A stretch of 64,000 bases of DNA. Origin: Flectonema sp. DT1601. Its lineage: Eukaryota. Below the pieces are notes generated by a model that was given only the letters and a program-made list of their open reading frames with translations, was not told the DNA's origin and did no database searches. Below are positions 1 to 12,307 of the stretch, piece after piece. Position 1 is the stretch's first letter. The number at the start of each line of letters is the position of its first letter. Location of the stretch: contig OZ025780.1 of assembly GCA_964019425.1 (NCBI GenBank), positions 620,001 to 684,000 on the forward strand. Direction: 5' to 3'. A program made the position numbers and the translations under genes.

Positions 1-1
1 T

Positions 2-430
2 CCTCCGGAATTGTTTGACTTATCAGGAGCGGGGTTTCGAAGGGGTATTAGATTTAGATTAAAAGCGTATGGTTCTTTTACATGGACTGCTGTCACATCG
101 TGTTCTGTTGCTAAGAATATCGGAAGTGGATTACAACTATCTTCTGAGTGGACTATCTCACCTGGTATCGTTGACTGGATAGGAACACAACGACTGTTGT
201 CTCTTCCAATTATTTCACTTTCTTGGAAGACTGCACAGTCAAGATGCATCTCTCTTGGTGGTCGTCTTGCTACTCTTCGAGACTATCTCGACATACGCAA
301 CTCCTCGGTATCTTCACCATACCTTGTCCCATGTTTGAATTGTTGGGCTGGTCTTCCTTTTGGTCAACGCAGTTGGACTCTTCCTAACGGAGATTCGATT
401 TCACCAAGGTTTGTTATTACTTCTCTTCTC

Positions 431-463
<33 letters not shown>

Positions 464-2214
464 GTGAACTTTGGAAACCTGTTCATCAGAGCTTGTTCTT
501 TTAAGTTACAACTATAAATATATTTCTATTCCAGTTGTGTTTACTTGTTGGGTTCATAACAATATAAATATAAAAAACAAAACCACAGCAACGGTACCTG
601 CGCAGTCCTTTCTCTAAACTATTCAATTCAAAGAGTAAGTTGTGAGGAAATAAATAATTTTCAATGTTTTATTTATGAAGCTGAAGAAACTTCATCGGAG
701 AAGACTTTACAAGTATGTTATTTCTGTTTTTTTTTTTTTAAAAAAACAACAAACAACAAACAACAAACAACAAAAAAACAAAAAAAAAAAAAAAACAGTT
801 GCAATTTAGTGCACCGGTAACACCGCTTGCTGCAGTGCCAAGGTTTAGTACGTTGTCTGAAGAGGAGTTTATTCAAGTAACTGTCGATGTGTTGATGTCT
901 TCATTGGGATTGGAATTACCACTGATACCGTATGGGTACGCGGTTACTAATTTTCAAAACCCAGATTATAAAATATACATCAGAAGATTTAACATCGTCT
1001 ACGATAACACCAACGTAGAATACGATCAACAACAAACCATCGCTTCAACAGTAGTACAAGATGTCATTGGACAACACCGTTTTGAACAAGGAGGATGGCA
1101 ACTTAGTTCGTTAAAACCAGAATTATCAACTAGTGGATCATCTATAATTGTTATGTACGGAATGACACTTCACATAACTTCAATTAATCTAAAGTCGTTT
1201 CTCATCTCTGATGATGAACTCTCAAAACTACTAAACGCTACTGTTATGAATAATAATTTTGAGAATCTTCAGTCGAATCTACGAGTCCTTTCGATCAAAG
1301 AGTTGTCGGGTTCCGACCCTGTTCAGAATATTAATAATAGCAAGCCAGTTGTGTCCTCTCCTTCAGATACGATTCCAGTATTCCTGATTGTGGGTGTTGG
1401 CGCTATATCAGCCATTTTGGTGTCGGTTTACGTTGTTGGTACGGTTAGGGTATGTTGTTGTCGTTGTTGTCGTTGTTGTTTTTTTAAATGATGGGAGAGA
1501 AAACAAATGTTAGAAGTTCTTTTATTTTATTTATCGGATGGTAGTAATGAAGACAGAGCTGGTCGTAGCTATCACGCTCTTGGTTGGCAGCTGGCGTAGG
1601 GCTGGCCACATCCATTGAGCCTACTGGCTTCCTGGCCTGTGGTCAGCCCTACGCCAGCTGCCAAACCGGACGTGATAGATGTAAGGCATAGTTGGACGCC
1701 ACTGTGGCAACATAACAAAACAAAAGTGTTGAGTAAATTTTTTTTTTTTAAATGAAAAAACCAACAATAAAAAAAACAAAAACAGAACACAAACAAAAAC
1801 ACTGAAGATCCTCCAGCAGTAAAAGAAGAAGAAATCAGTGATGAAGGCGGTACCAACAGACGTGTTGAACAAGAAGGTGAACAAAACATGTTGAGCATCG
1901 CTGGCAGTAGAAACTCTCGCAGAAGAACTTTAGTAAAAGAAGAACAAGTTAGAGATCCGGGTATTGAGTTCGCGAATAGTGAGGTTGAAATGGGATCTAT
2001 AATCCATTCTGTACCTGCACAGGTAGCAGAACACACTCCACCAATGGCTGCTCAGCGATTACGTGCTCAACGTGAAGAACGAGGTCAAGATGTGTTAGAT
2101 ACGATGGCTAGGTTTGGGATTAACCCAATTCTAAATGATGGATCTAGAGCCTTCCCATCTATTCCACCAACTGATACATCGTTGTCAGACTCTCAACCGT
2201 CAGCTGTCACATAA
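2..2214 (+). CDS. C-type lectin domain single-pass membrane protein, 5'-partial; exons 2-408, 589-712, 799-1449, 1786-2214
   Basis: Splicing GT..AG introns 409-588, 713-798 and 1450-1785 gives one frame. CTLD pattern SWKTAQSRC..LGGRLAT..CWAGL..NGTCAVL..VSCEEINNFQC is completed only by exon 2. TM segment VFLIVGVGAISAILVSVYVVG, then a cytoplasmic tail. Confidence 0.8.
1569..1678. other. GC-rich long hairpin inside intron 1450-1785
   Basis: 1584-1610 and 1638-1664 are reverse complements (26 Watson-Crick pairs + 1 G-U); outer stem CTATCACG/CGTGATAG. Confidence 0.9.
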
Positions 2215-2518
2215 TACACTCATTAATTGATATTAGGAGTTTTAAAGCATACAACTGATAATTAATCAGTCGAGTTACCACACTGTCTTAGAGTGTAACT
2301 TATAGTTACACTGGTTGTCATTTTCTTTTTTTTTTTCTATTCACTAAAGACAAAAAAGATCGCTATCCTTTTTCCATTTTATTTTTTACTCTTTTTTTTT
2401 GTATATAAAATAATAAAAGTGAAGCTTGCAACCGACAGTTAGGAATTCAGGGTTTTCTAAAAAAAAATAATTTTGTGATGCAACATAACTGAGTCGGTGC
2501 GAGCTGTCATACAAACTG

Positions 2519-2552
<34 letters not shown>

Positions 2553-3500
2553 CCCCTAATTCCATGCAAAATGTTTACTGGAATATCGGATTTCAATACA
2601 AGAGTTTCCAACACACTGGTGGACTGCGTAAAGTGGGGAGTTCAGCACTCTGTTGAGTCATTCATGATACACTTGCAGTAGGCATTTAAAAAAAAAAAAA
2701 AAAAAAAAAGAACAAATAGCTATCCATTTCGGAAACTTTGTGTTGAGATTTGACATTTCACAATTATTAATGTGGGATTCCAGTTTTTCCCAAAAAAAAA
2801 AAAAAAAAAAAAAAAAACTTTTTTATAGCTTCGGTAGGCAAGTAGTAATGAAAAAACAAATCGCTGGAGAGGGGAAGAGCAAACTTGTGAAAAGTACAGC
2901 AGAGTGAGTGAGGGAACTCTCTAAAATACGAGAGTGTTGTGTGTTTTTTTTTTTTTTGTGAGCCTCGCTTCTGAAGCGAGGAGAGAACAAAAAAAAAAAA
3001 AAAAGAAAATAAAGCAGACTGTGCGAAAGTTATATTGGATAAAAAAAAAAGAAAAAAAAAAAAAAGCTTTGTGAAAAAGCACGAATACGGTTTCATACAG
3101 AGTTACAATTTCATAGTTTCATTCAGTTTTTAGTTTTGGGTTAGGTTTTGTTTTTTGTTTATTTTATTTTTTTTTTTTGGAAACCTCTAATTCCACCAAA
3201 ATAGTTTGCGAAATCGCCAATCCAACAAAAAAAAGTTGTTCATCAGGGTTCGAACTTGACCCAAAAATCGGCTTGCAGCGGATTCTTTGCTGGGAAGAGG
3301 AAAAAAAAAAAAAAAAGCATTCCCCAACCGCTCTTTCATTTAAACCTTTTCCCCCCTCCTTGTTATTCCGAATTCACAGTCAGAATCCAAAAAAAAGAAA
3401 ACTCTCGCAAACCCGCAGTGTTAGCAGTTCGTTATGTTTGTCAAAAAAAAAAAAAAGACATCGGTTCGTCTTCTTCAATATTTTCTTACTTCGGTAAGGG

Positions 3501-3565
3501 TTGTTGTTCTTGGTGCACATTGTTGTTCTTGGTGCACATTGTTGTTCTTGGTGCACATTGTTGTT
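3501..3565. repeat. Tandem repeat, 19-nt unit TTGTTGTTCTTGGTGCACA x3 plus partial
   Basis: Directly visible. Confidence 0.95.
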
Positions 3566-4335
3566 TTTTTAGATGTTAAGGCTGGTAAGAAACAGTAGCT
3601 GGAAATTAGAGAGCGATGGGAGAAGAGGGAAGAAAATAAAATAATGATTGAATGAGGGCATATCAAAACTGACTCAGCAATGTTGTGATTACCCCCACCT
3701 TAACTTTTCAGAGATTTGTCTCTATGTTGAGTTGAGCGTCGATCCTTGTGCTGTAGTTGACTTTCCTGTTTTGCAAACAAAGAACTACTATTCTTTATTT
3801 TTTTTTGTCTGATCAGGAAAAAAAAAAAGAAACGTAAGAAACCCTTTGTCAGACTAGCAGTGATAAAAATCTTTCAGATGTGCTCTTTTAGTTTAATATT
3901 CAAATTTTTTTTATTTTTATATTTTCCCTATCGCTGAAGCACAAAACTTTGGTACGAATGATAAACAAACAAAAAAAAAAAAAAAAAAAAAAGTTCTCAA
4001 GCAAAAAAAAAATAAATAAAAAAATCAACAACAATAATACTGACTTGGGTTTTTGTTGAATTTTCTAAAAAAGGAAATCCAATACCCCTTCTGGGTCATA
4101 AATGTAACGTCCTCAACGCTATTTATTTCTGTATATAAATACATTCAAACAATTCAACCCTCTTTGTCATATCAATGTTATTATTATTATTATTTTTTTC
4201 AAGTTTTTTTTTTCCCCTTTTTCTTCCAAATTATAGAATCCAAAAAAAAAAATACAAAAAGTTCCTCTTAAGTAACATTATTAATTGCTTTGGTTTATGT
4301 AGTTGGTTGTGAATATCGGAAACGATATCCCCAAT

Positions 4336-4508
4336 GCCTCCAATCATTCGCTTTACCTGGCGTAACTCCTTTTATGGTTCCAGCTATCCTGAGGGAAACT
4401 TCGGAGTGAACCAGCTATTAGATGGTTCGATGGGTCTTTCGCCCCTATACCCAGCTTTGATGATGTCAACAACGCGACGGTTCTCTACCGGAGTTTTCCT
4501 GCGGCTTC
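4336..4508 (-). pseudogene. Decayed fragment of LSU (28S) rRNA
   Basis: The + strand reads AATCATTCGCTTTACC...GCTATCCTGAGGGAAACTTCGG..GAACCAGCTA.TAGATGGTTCGAT..GTCTTTCGCCCCTATACCCA, the reverse complement of a conserved eukaryotic LSU segment that includes the LR5 primer site. It appears to lack about 10 conserved nt and has no flanking rDNA. Confidence 0.9.
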
Positions 4509-5215
4509 CTTGTTATAAGTTTTAACGAGTCATCGTGTTGGGGAACTCATGGAGTGAGGTGGTGGAATTACGGTAGCTTTAATTTTCTGATAGTACAATA
4601 AAAAGCACCCTTCAATTGTTACTCGTACATTTGTATTCATGTGAAGGGGGATACGAAGTGCGAATGAAGGGTTCTTATTCCCCGTTGTTGGAAAAGTTTC
4701 TTTTTTTCTTCTTTGGGATTCTTGCCTCCCCGTTTTCAACGTTATCTGAAGTTCACTAAGGTGAGTGCTCCACTAGTAGTGTGCTACGAACTACCTGCCT
4801 TCCTTTCTGCAACATCACGCTGTCTGTCTGTTCACCACCTTTTATATCTTAGCATTGCTGCGTTTGGTAGTTTACACGAAATACTTAATATGATACGTAG
4901 AATGTGAGATTTCCCTCATTTCACGACACCTATCCCCCCCCATTTTCTTTTCCCCCTCTGGAATATGCAGATGGTATACAACGCTATCCTGGGAGATGAT
5001 AAAAACAGACAGTCTATTGATGACTCTCCGTGCGCATTTTCTTTTTTTAACCTTATTTTTTTTTATACCAACGAAGTTAGGAGAGGAAACCATTCAGATT
5101 AAGGGCCGTTTTATATATTTCTCTTGTGCAATGTCAGGTTTACTGGCTACGATCAACAAAATATAAGGCTTTGTCTGAATTGGTCTTTTTTCTTTTTTAT
5201 TATTATTTTTTTTGT

Positions 5216-5340
5216 ACTGACGTAGTCGGAGAAGAAACTATTCAGATTGAAATCCGATATTTCTTTCTTGGTCGTGATTTATTTTCCCCCACGCGACAGG
5301 GGCTACGTTCAACGAAATATAAAGCTAAATCTGAATAGTT
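5216..5340. repeat. Repeat family C (~120 nt; CCGAC-nnn-GTCGG hairpin followed by ATTCAGAT...ATCTGAAT inverted repeats); copies ~5067-5181, 5216-5340, 6906-7022, 28447-28563 (inverted), 33401-33535, 36521-36553 (partial), 63773-63880
   Basis: Recurrent GTCGGAGAAGAAACTATTCAGATT and ATATAAGGCT..TCTGAAT motifs. Confidence 0.8.
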
Positions 5341-7741
5341 TTTTTGCTTCCTTAATTTTTTTTGCAAATGAAAAACATGGAAGTGAATATTTGGCCTTCA
5401 TAGCATGTTCTTTTTTTTTTTTTCCCCTTCTCCCATTCTGATGCATTTTGAGAAACTGTTGTAAGGACGAAAAAAGAATGTTGGAGCACACGTAAACCTC
5501 CTTTAGCTTTTATCGGTTTAAGTCGGTTCAGTGACACAAAACAATTCTTTTTTTGTTACATCAGTTTTTCTTAGACTAGGGAAAACTGCGTAGGTGTATC
5601 GATCGATTACTGATGCAGAAAATAACAATCGTTTTATACAAATTTCGGTATATCAGAAAAAATCGTTGTCAATATATATTTGTTTTCCCCTCTTTTCTTT
5701 TCGGTTGTCTCAGCTGGTTGACAGATTTGCTTCTTTTTTCAACAAGTTGAAGTTTTTTGTTTTTTTGCACTTTAACAAGTATTGTAAAGAGCTAAAAAGA
5801 ATGTTGGGCAGCACACGTAAACCTCACTTAGCTTTCTCAGTTAAGTCAATTAAAGGCTTCGTGACCACACAAACAAACTTTCCTTCTTTTTTTGATGTTA
5901 GTTTTTTTCTGCCAAGCTTTTTCAATTTAACCTTGTTGCTTTATTTTTAAAGTTTATTAGTCATTTTTTTTTTCTGGCAAAACAAATTTCCTGCTGTGTT
6001 ATCTATTTTTTTTTTTTTTTTTTTTTTGCTTCTTTGCCTCGTTGATGTTGCCTCGCCTGAAAAAAAAAAAGGAAAAACCAAAAAAAACAAACATATTACC
6101 GTTGTTGTTGTTATTGTTTTTTTTTTTCTTCGTTTTCTTTTCGGTGATGAACTTGTTGAGTGGTTGTACTGCTGGCTCTTTTAGAGTGGTTCTGTCTCAT
6201 AATAAACCTACAGCCTTCGAATATTTCTACCCGTTCTTTTCCCTTCTGTTCGCTTGTTTTGAGGGATCAATTTTTTTTCTTCTTTTTTTTTTTCTCATTA
6301 GTTGGGGAATATTTCATGTTCGCATGTCGCCCAAAAAGGGATTGCACGAGGGATTTTTTGCTGTTTCAACTTCTGAAGTGGGGAAATTAGAAGTTTTTTC
6401 TCTGCAGCGAACCTTGTGTCGTTTAGTTATATTGTGTTATAGAACCATTTTTGAGGTTTGGGTACACCCCTGGGGGAAAAAAAAAAAAAAAAAAATGAAA
6501 AAAAAAAAAGTCAAAATCTGTCCTACAACCCTCTACTTTTCAGTTATTCTTTTTGCTTTATATGTCTTGGTATATTCTTAGGTTATGATCCTGTTTTTTA
6601 TTTATTTATTTTATTTATATTAGGGTTTTATTTTCCTCTGTCACCCTCCCTGGTGCTGATAGCAAAGTGTGATGTTGTACAGTTTGGTGTGAGGGTCGCA
6701 CTCCATTCTTTCCTGAAATCTTTATCCATTTGCCAACGGATGCGTTGATTTAATGACGACAGCAGATTAGTTACGTTGCTGCTTGCTAATGTGTAATACG
6801 CAGCTGTAGATGTATTCTGCGCAACCGTGTGCCCCCACGAGAGCTCTAATGCTCAGACAATGATGGAGGGTTACGTGCTGCTGCTAAGATGATTTTTTTT
6901 TTTGTGCACCGAGGAAGTCGGAGAAGGAAACTATTCAGATTAAGAGCCGTTTATTTCTCCTTGTATTCAGTTAGTTATTATTACTGTCTGTGTATCATCA
7001 AAATATGAGGTTTAATCTGAACTGAGTTTTTTTTTTTCTCCTTCTTTTTGTGTTTTTACTACGTTTCCTGTATGAAAATAAGTTGGTAATATTCTTGTTG
7101 GACACTACTGCGGTGACTTTTTATTTTCCCCATTTTTTTTTTTTTTTTTTTTGTGCGAAAAAAAAGATTCCGTGGGCAGTCTGAAGAACCATTTTTCTTT
7201 TATTTTTTTTCCCTTCACCTTCTTTCCCATTCTTTTTTGACCTCAAGAAAAAAAAAAAAAAAAAAAAAAAAATATCAATAATTATACTCTTTTCTTTCGA
7301 AAGTGAAGGAAATGCGAACCCACCACGGCTTCCATGAAAACCGAAAACGATTTATTATTATTTTATAGTAAACCCAGCCCAACTATGACTCACTGCATAT
7401 GTGAGGATGTCATTATTTGGATGAATTTATTTTCTATTTCTACCTATTTTTTTAGTATTAAAAAGTATCGAAACTTATCATTTTTTTTCCCCATTCGACA
7501 GGCAATCAGAATTCATTGGCATCATAGAACTTGTGATGGTTTTCACCATCGTGCCTTCCAGAATACATTGGCATGTGTGTAGCTCAGACGAGTCTGATAA
7601 CTACTGCCTGGAACGAATCCGTAAAGAGATTTGTCCTCGATGGTTCTAATGCACTATGTGCACAATGTGTTTTCAATGGTTTAGTATTATTTACACCCTT
7701 CACAGGAATTACAAATTTTATATATTTTTTTTCCAGTCACA

Positions 7742-8182
7742 ATGAAGCTGATTGACTGTTCAAAAATCACCGAAAACATCTTCTTGGGAGGATCAAAATC
7801 CAGCAAAGAGAGAACCATACTTCACTCTCTTGGAGTGACTCACATAGTAGTAGCTGCTGGAAAACAACGTTTTGGTGGAGAATTTGAATATCACATGTGT
7901 CATTTTACCGATGACAAAGACAGTAACATAATACCTCTGATCCCTAATGTGGTGTCTTTCATGAGATCTGCGATAGAAAAAGGAGGTCGAGTCTTGGTTC
8001 ATTGTCAAGGAGGGATTAGTAGATCGCCTTCTATAGTTATTGCGTATCTGATGTGTGTTCAGAATATTACGTTTTGTGATGCAAAATTAATGGTTGAAAA
8101 AATGAAGCCCAACATAAGACCGAATCCTGGATTCACAAGCAGTTTAAAAGAGTATGAGATTTCTCTCGGTATCTCAGCATAG
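7742..8182 (+). CDS. Dual-specificity protein phosphatase
   Basis: VLVHCQGGISRS catalytic loop, CSKITENIFLG, IRPNPGF; TTTTTCCAG acceptor 5 nt before the ATG. Confidence 0.93.
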   Translation: MKLIDCSKITENIFLGGSKSSKERTILHSLGVTHIVVAAGKQRFGGEFEYHMCHFTDDKDSNIIPLIPNVVSFMRSAIEKGGRVLVHCQGGISRSPSIVIAYLMCVQNITFCDAKLMVEKMKPNIRPNPGFTSSLKEYEISLGISA

Positions 8183-8391
8183 TTAGGAGAACAGTTATTT
8201 TAAAGTTTTTTTTTTTTTTTTTTGATTGAAAACGCACTGTCCTAGCCTCTTCTGCGCATCAGTCATTTTTTGTGTTTTTTTTTTTTTTTTTTTTCAAAAA
8301 CCTTCACGTAACTGTACCTGTGTGTTGGTAATTATGTGTGCAGTCATTCAATCATGATTTCGATTACCATAACCAGAGCTCATCAATAATA

Positions 8392-9237
8392 ATGCCAACA
8401 CCCCCTGTGGGAATCCGACTTCCCACTTTTAATGGGAAATGGATAAGTAATGCGGATGGTAATATTTATATAATAACAGGAAGGGAAGTAATCTGTGAAG
8501 GTACTGGTGGAAGAGCAAGTTTTAGTGCTGATGGTGAAAGTCTGATGGGATGTCGGTTCGATGTGAGTTCTGACAATTCGACTATTTTGTGGACTGATGG
8601 TGATCGTTGGATGAAAGTAGATTCGATACCATCATCGAGTGTTGGATTGGGAAGCAAATCACCTCAAGTTTCAGAGTGGCCGTTTGGTGCTGTTCCTGGT
8701 GGACCTGGTCATAGAATACTCACATCACATGTACCTCCGTCATCACCACCTCTTCCTCCAGACTTGATAATTGGATCTCATCATTCTGTTACTCCAATTA
8801 GAAATAATCGACAGATATCACCTCCGTGTGAGTCTCCTGATCGAGAGATAGCAGCAGCTGCTCTTCTCGCTTCTGTTGGATGTTCTCAACAATTACAATC
8901 TGATAATAGATACGCGTCAGCGTTGAATTTTCAAACTGGTACAGAATCAAGGAGGAGTTCACTTCGTAGAATAGAACCTTTAAAATATTATGACAACCCT
9001 CCTCTTAAAGCTGCTATAATGTCACCAGTTCCTAAGATTGAAAGTCCGATTGTAGAAGTTGTGTTACCAGAACATGTGTCTCCACTTTATTTAAACAGAA
9101 CAGATCAGACTGATACTCGTCTTCTTCTTCAGAGTCTCAGATTTGAACGTCAACAGGCTGTTGAGATGGCTGCTGTCCAAAACGCCAAGATTTCTCAGAT
9201 TGATGAGCAAATTAACAGCCTTTTATTAAAATTATAA
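8392..9237 (+). CDS. Hypothetical Pro/Ser-rich protein with C-terminal coiled coil
   Basis: Long ORF with coding-like composition; first ATG at 8392. Confidence 0.75.
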   Translation: MPTPPVGIRLPTFNGKWISNADGNIYIITGREVICEGTGGRASFSADGESLMGCRFDVSSDNSTILWTDGDRWMKVDSIPSSSVGLGSKSPQVSEWPFGAVPGGPGHRILTSHVPPSSPPLPPDLIIGSHHSVTPIRNNRQISPPCESPDREIAAAALLASVGCSQQLQSDNRYASALNFQTGTESRRSSLRRIEPLKYYDNPPLKAAIMSPVPKIESPIVEVVLPEHVSPLYLNRTDQTDTRLLLQSLRFERQQAVEMAAVQNAKISQIDEQINSLLLKL

Positions 9238-10073
9238 AAAAAATTTTTTTTTGCGACTAATTGTAAGGTAAGTTGGTTGTTTTTTTTTTTTTCTCATCAT
9301 CTTCCCCTTCCTCATCTACTATTCATTGTAGAAGAGTGTTTTGCTAAGTTAATCATCGCCCTTGGTCAAGTTTTATATCAACTAGTCAGTCTTTTTATAT
9401 GGGTAGTCCTATTTTTAGTTTCAAGCTTGCTTTTTATATTTAGTTGTTGTATCGAGTTATCGTTTGCTTATTATCGTTTGATACAGCAGAACAATTGTGT
9501 TTTTATAATTTTTTTTATTTTATTTTTTTTATATTTTAATTTAGTGCACCTTTTTTTATAATGAACTCATATTTTATCTTTTTGCTTATTATCGTTTGAT
9601 TTTTGTTTTTGTTTTGTTATGAATAAAAGTAACGGGTTGCAGAGATCTTTTTTACATGGCAACCCAATTTTTAGTTTTGGACCTGTATTGGGATTGCTTC
9701 TCGTTCTCAAAGCGTAAGTAACGACTAGCGCTCTTAAGTGTCTAAACTTGAATCTATTTTAATATGATTTTTTTTTCTTCTTTTTTTAAATTTCTCTTTT
9801 TAAAGCCTTTCATTATTTATGTCAATGAAGGAACTTTTTTTTTTTTTTCTTCTTCCGACGTTAACGACAAAAAAAAAAACTCTCTGACATTCACTCAGAG
9901 CGTTTTTATTTTTTATTATTATTTTAGAATTCTTAGAATTATATTTCTCTGTTAGAGAAAACAAGTAGGTCGGTTATATCAACCTGCTGGTGCTTTTTTC
10001 CTTTCTCTCTTTTCTTATTTCTGGGTTCTTGGTTTTTTATCAAAAGTACCTTCACTACAGTTACACAAAAAAC

Positions 10074-11702
10074 ATGGGATGTGGTCTTGGAGTAGAAAGC
10101 AGGGAATCTGTTCACAAGATGGTCGATCTTCGTAATGTTGGTGACACTGACAGTGGTAGTGGAACCGAATCAGGTGTTGTGGGAGAAGCGACAGCCTTTA
10201 AGATTGGTTACTACAGTGATGGGGTGAGTGAAACAGAATGGAGAAAAGTTGAATTAAAAAATCCAACGTTACGAAACATAATTCTAATGTGTGAAACACT
10301 ATTTGAAAATAGTACAAAGTCAGCTCATACTCTTGGGTATCGAGATACTGATGGTGATTTTATTACACTTGGATCGGAGGAGGAGTTCAAAACATTTTTA
10401 GATGAATCGAATTTATATCAAAGAAAACTACTACTACAACCTAAAGATAAAGTCTCTCACTTTCCAATTATTGGCAATAGGGGTACGACTGCTTTCAGAA
10501 CAAGTAGTCAAAATCAAATTTCACAACGAGTTGGTGAGGTCTCTCTCCAGTCGGGTACCATAGACTGTTTTTTAACTCATTGGTTTGATTCGGAAGTCAG
10601 TCACACCACAAGAGGACCTGCAGACATAACTTCCCCTCCATCAGCACTCGAATTCGAAAAGAACATCAGCAAATATAAAAATCAAACTTCAGCAATATAC
10701 TGGAAGTGCGGCAGATTATTGGGATCTGGAGCTTTTGGTAGCGTCTACATGGCAATGAATACTGATACTGGAATGCTTATGGCTGTAAAGAGAATTCCCT
10801 TTGAAGGAACTGAAGAACACCTTCGTTCTTTGGAGAGAGAACTGTCAGCGTTACAGGAACTTAGTCATCCCAGAATTGTTTCATACCTAGGAGTTGCTAT
10901 GGAAATTCGTCATAGCTGTGCCTTTGTTGATATTTTCATGGAATACATTCCTGGCGGATCAATCGCACAGGCCTTACAACAGTTTGGAGCCTTTTCTGAA
11001 CAAGTTACGAAAAAATATACTTTTCAGATTCTCGAAGGGTTGTCATTCTTACATTCTAAAAACATCGTTCATCGTGATGTAAAGGGAGGAAACATACTAA
11101 TGACCGGTCAAGGTGAAGTAAAGTTGTCTGATTTTGGTTCTTCTAAATGCTTAAAAGACATATCAAATCATTCTCAATTAAAAGGAACAATTCGATGGAT
11201 GTCACCCGAAGCAATTAGAGGAAATATATCAACTAAGGCTGACATCTGGTCAGTTGGAGTTACAGTCCTTGAGATGCTTTCAAAATCTATTTTATTAAAT
11301 GAGGGAGTTGATCAACTGAATTTCTTTTCATTGGGAACAACACCAAGATCACCCACACTGCCTGAATATTTGTCAGCATCCTGTTTGTTATTTTTAACAG
11401 AATGTTTCTCTATCGATTTCACAACCAGACCATCTGCTGCAGAGCTCTTGGAACATGAGTTTCTTCAAAATATTTCTGACGTTGTTGAGGATGACCAAAA
11501 TTTATCATCCCCGACATGTTCCAGTCAAAGTTCTCCAACTCAAAGCTGTGAAAGCACGGTATTATCACCAAATAAAAATATCCGTACCCCGGAATCGAAC
11601 TGGAACGTTTCTACTGCTGTAAGGAAACTTAGACCTTCTTCAGCTCCTCTAACAGCACCTGAAATGTACATGGAATCTATGGCTGTTCGATATGTTACTT
11701 GA
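10074..11702 (+). CDS. STE11/MEKK-family MAP3K with N-terminal PB1 domain and MGCG acylation motif
   Basis: GSGAFGSVY, MAVK, HRDVKGGN, DFG, GTIRWMSPE, ADIWSVG; acidic PB1 motif LGYRDTDGDFITLGSEEEF. Confidence 0.92.
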   Translation: MGCGLGVESRESVHKMVDLRNVGDTDSGSGTESGVVGEATAFKIGYYSDGVSETEWRKVELKNPTLRNIILMCETLFENSTKSAHTLGYRDTDGDFITLGSEEEFKTFLDESNLYQRKLLLQPKDKVSHFPIIGNRGTTAFRTSSQNQISQRVGEVSLQSGTIDCFLTHWFDSEVSHTTRGPADITSPPSALEFEKNISKYKNQTSAIYWKCGRLLGSGAFGSVYMAMNTDTGMLMAVKRIPFEGTEEHLRSLERELSALQELSHPRIVSYLGVAMEIRHSCAFVDIFMEYIPGGSIAQALQQFGAFSEQVTKKYTFQILEGLSFLHSKNIVHRDVKGGNILMTGQGEVKLSDFGSSKCLKDISNHSQLKGTIRWMSPEAIRGNISTKADIWSVGVTVLEMLSKSILLNEGVDQLNFFSLGTTPRSPTLPEYLSASCLLFLTECFSIDFTTRPSAAELLEHEFLQNISDVVEDDQNLSSPTCSSQSSPTQSCESTVLSPNKNIRTPESNWNVSTAVRKLRPSSAPLTAPEMYMESMAVRYVT

Positions 11703-12194
11703 AGTGGTTTCTCTGATCAGAACTCTTATTCGAATCGCATTAGTATTTGTTATGTCTCTTTTGGAAAAAAAATGTTTAATTTATAAAAAGGAAAGCAAAA
11801 GGAAAGAACCTCTTTACAGGGGTGATTTTCGCATGCATGTGTAGTTCGTTAATCGGCGTTTCTTCTTTTTTGATGGTCTTCCTTTTATACAACACGAGAT
11901 AACACAATAATAGACAAACGACAGTCTTGTCTTGGTCATAGCAGCGTTCTTACTGACATGTCTAATTGGCCGTCTCGATTACCTTACCACAGAAATGTTG
12001 AATTTAACGCACTGTATTTACAATAGACTCGTATTCTAACTTATTATTATTTTGTTTTGTTTTATTTAAACACGATGAGTAGGACAAGCCTAATACCGGA
12101 GGGCTGGGTCCGAAGAACGATTTTTTTTAATCTATCTTATATTTGTTTTCGATGTATTAATTGATTTTGATTATTTGTGATAACCTCCCCGTTG

Positions 12195-12307
12195 TCAATC
12201 GCAAGCGTGTATACCTACACTAACATTACCTGTAGTCACTGTATCTCAGAACTAATGTTAAATTATTACAATGCATTTGTTTTTTACGTACAAAATCGAA
12301 CAGTTAA
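12195..12307 (+). mobile_element. Repeat family D/E (SINE-like, fixed right end ...TACGTACAAAATCGAACAGTTAA); copies ~12195-12307, 18833-19146, 30071-30321, 31041-31202 (5' part), 54292-54385, 57890-57999
   Basis: Shared TAGTCACTGTATC..AATGTTAAATTAT..CATTTGTATTTTACGTACAAAATC; three copies have flanking direct repeats. Confidence 0.8.

Noticed and set aside
2292..2312. Short perfect hairpins (2292-2312, 17223-17241, 36260-36290)
   Set aside because: 8-14-bp stems with no shared sequence; plausible by chance in low-complexity DNA.
4336..4508. Functional rRNA gene or natural LSU fragment gene
   Set aside because: Short internal piece with a deletion in conserved sequence and no neighbouring rDNA.
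2767..7600. Many F/K-rich short ORFs here and in other intergenic regions
   Set aside because: Artefacts of poly(T)/poly(A) runs.
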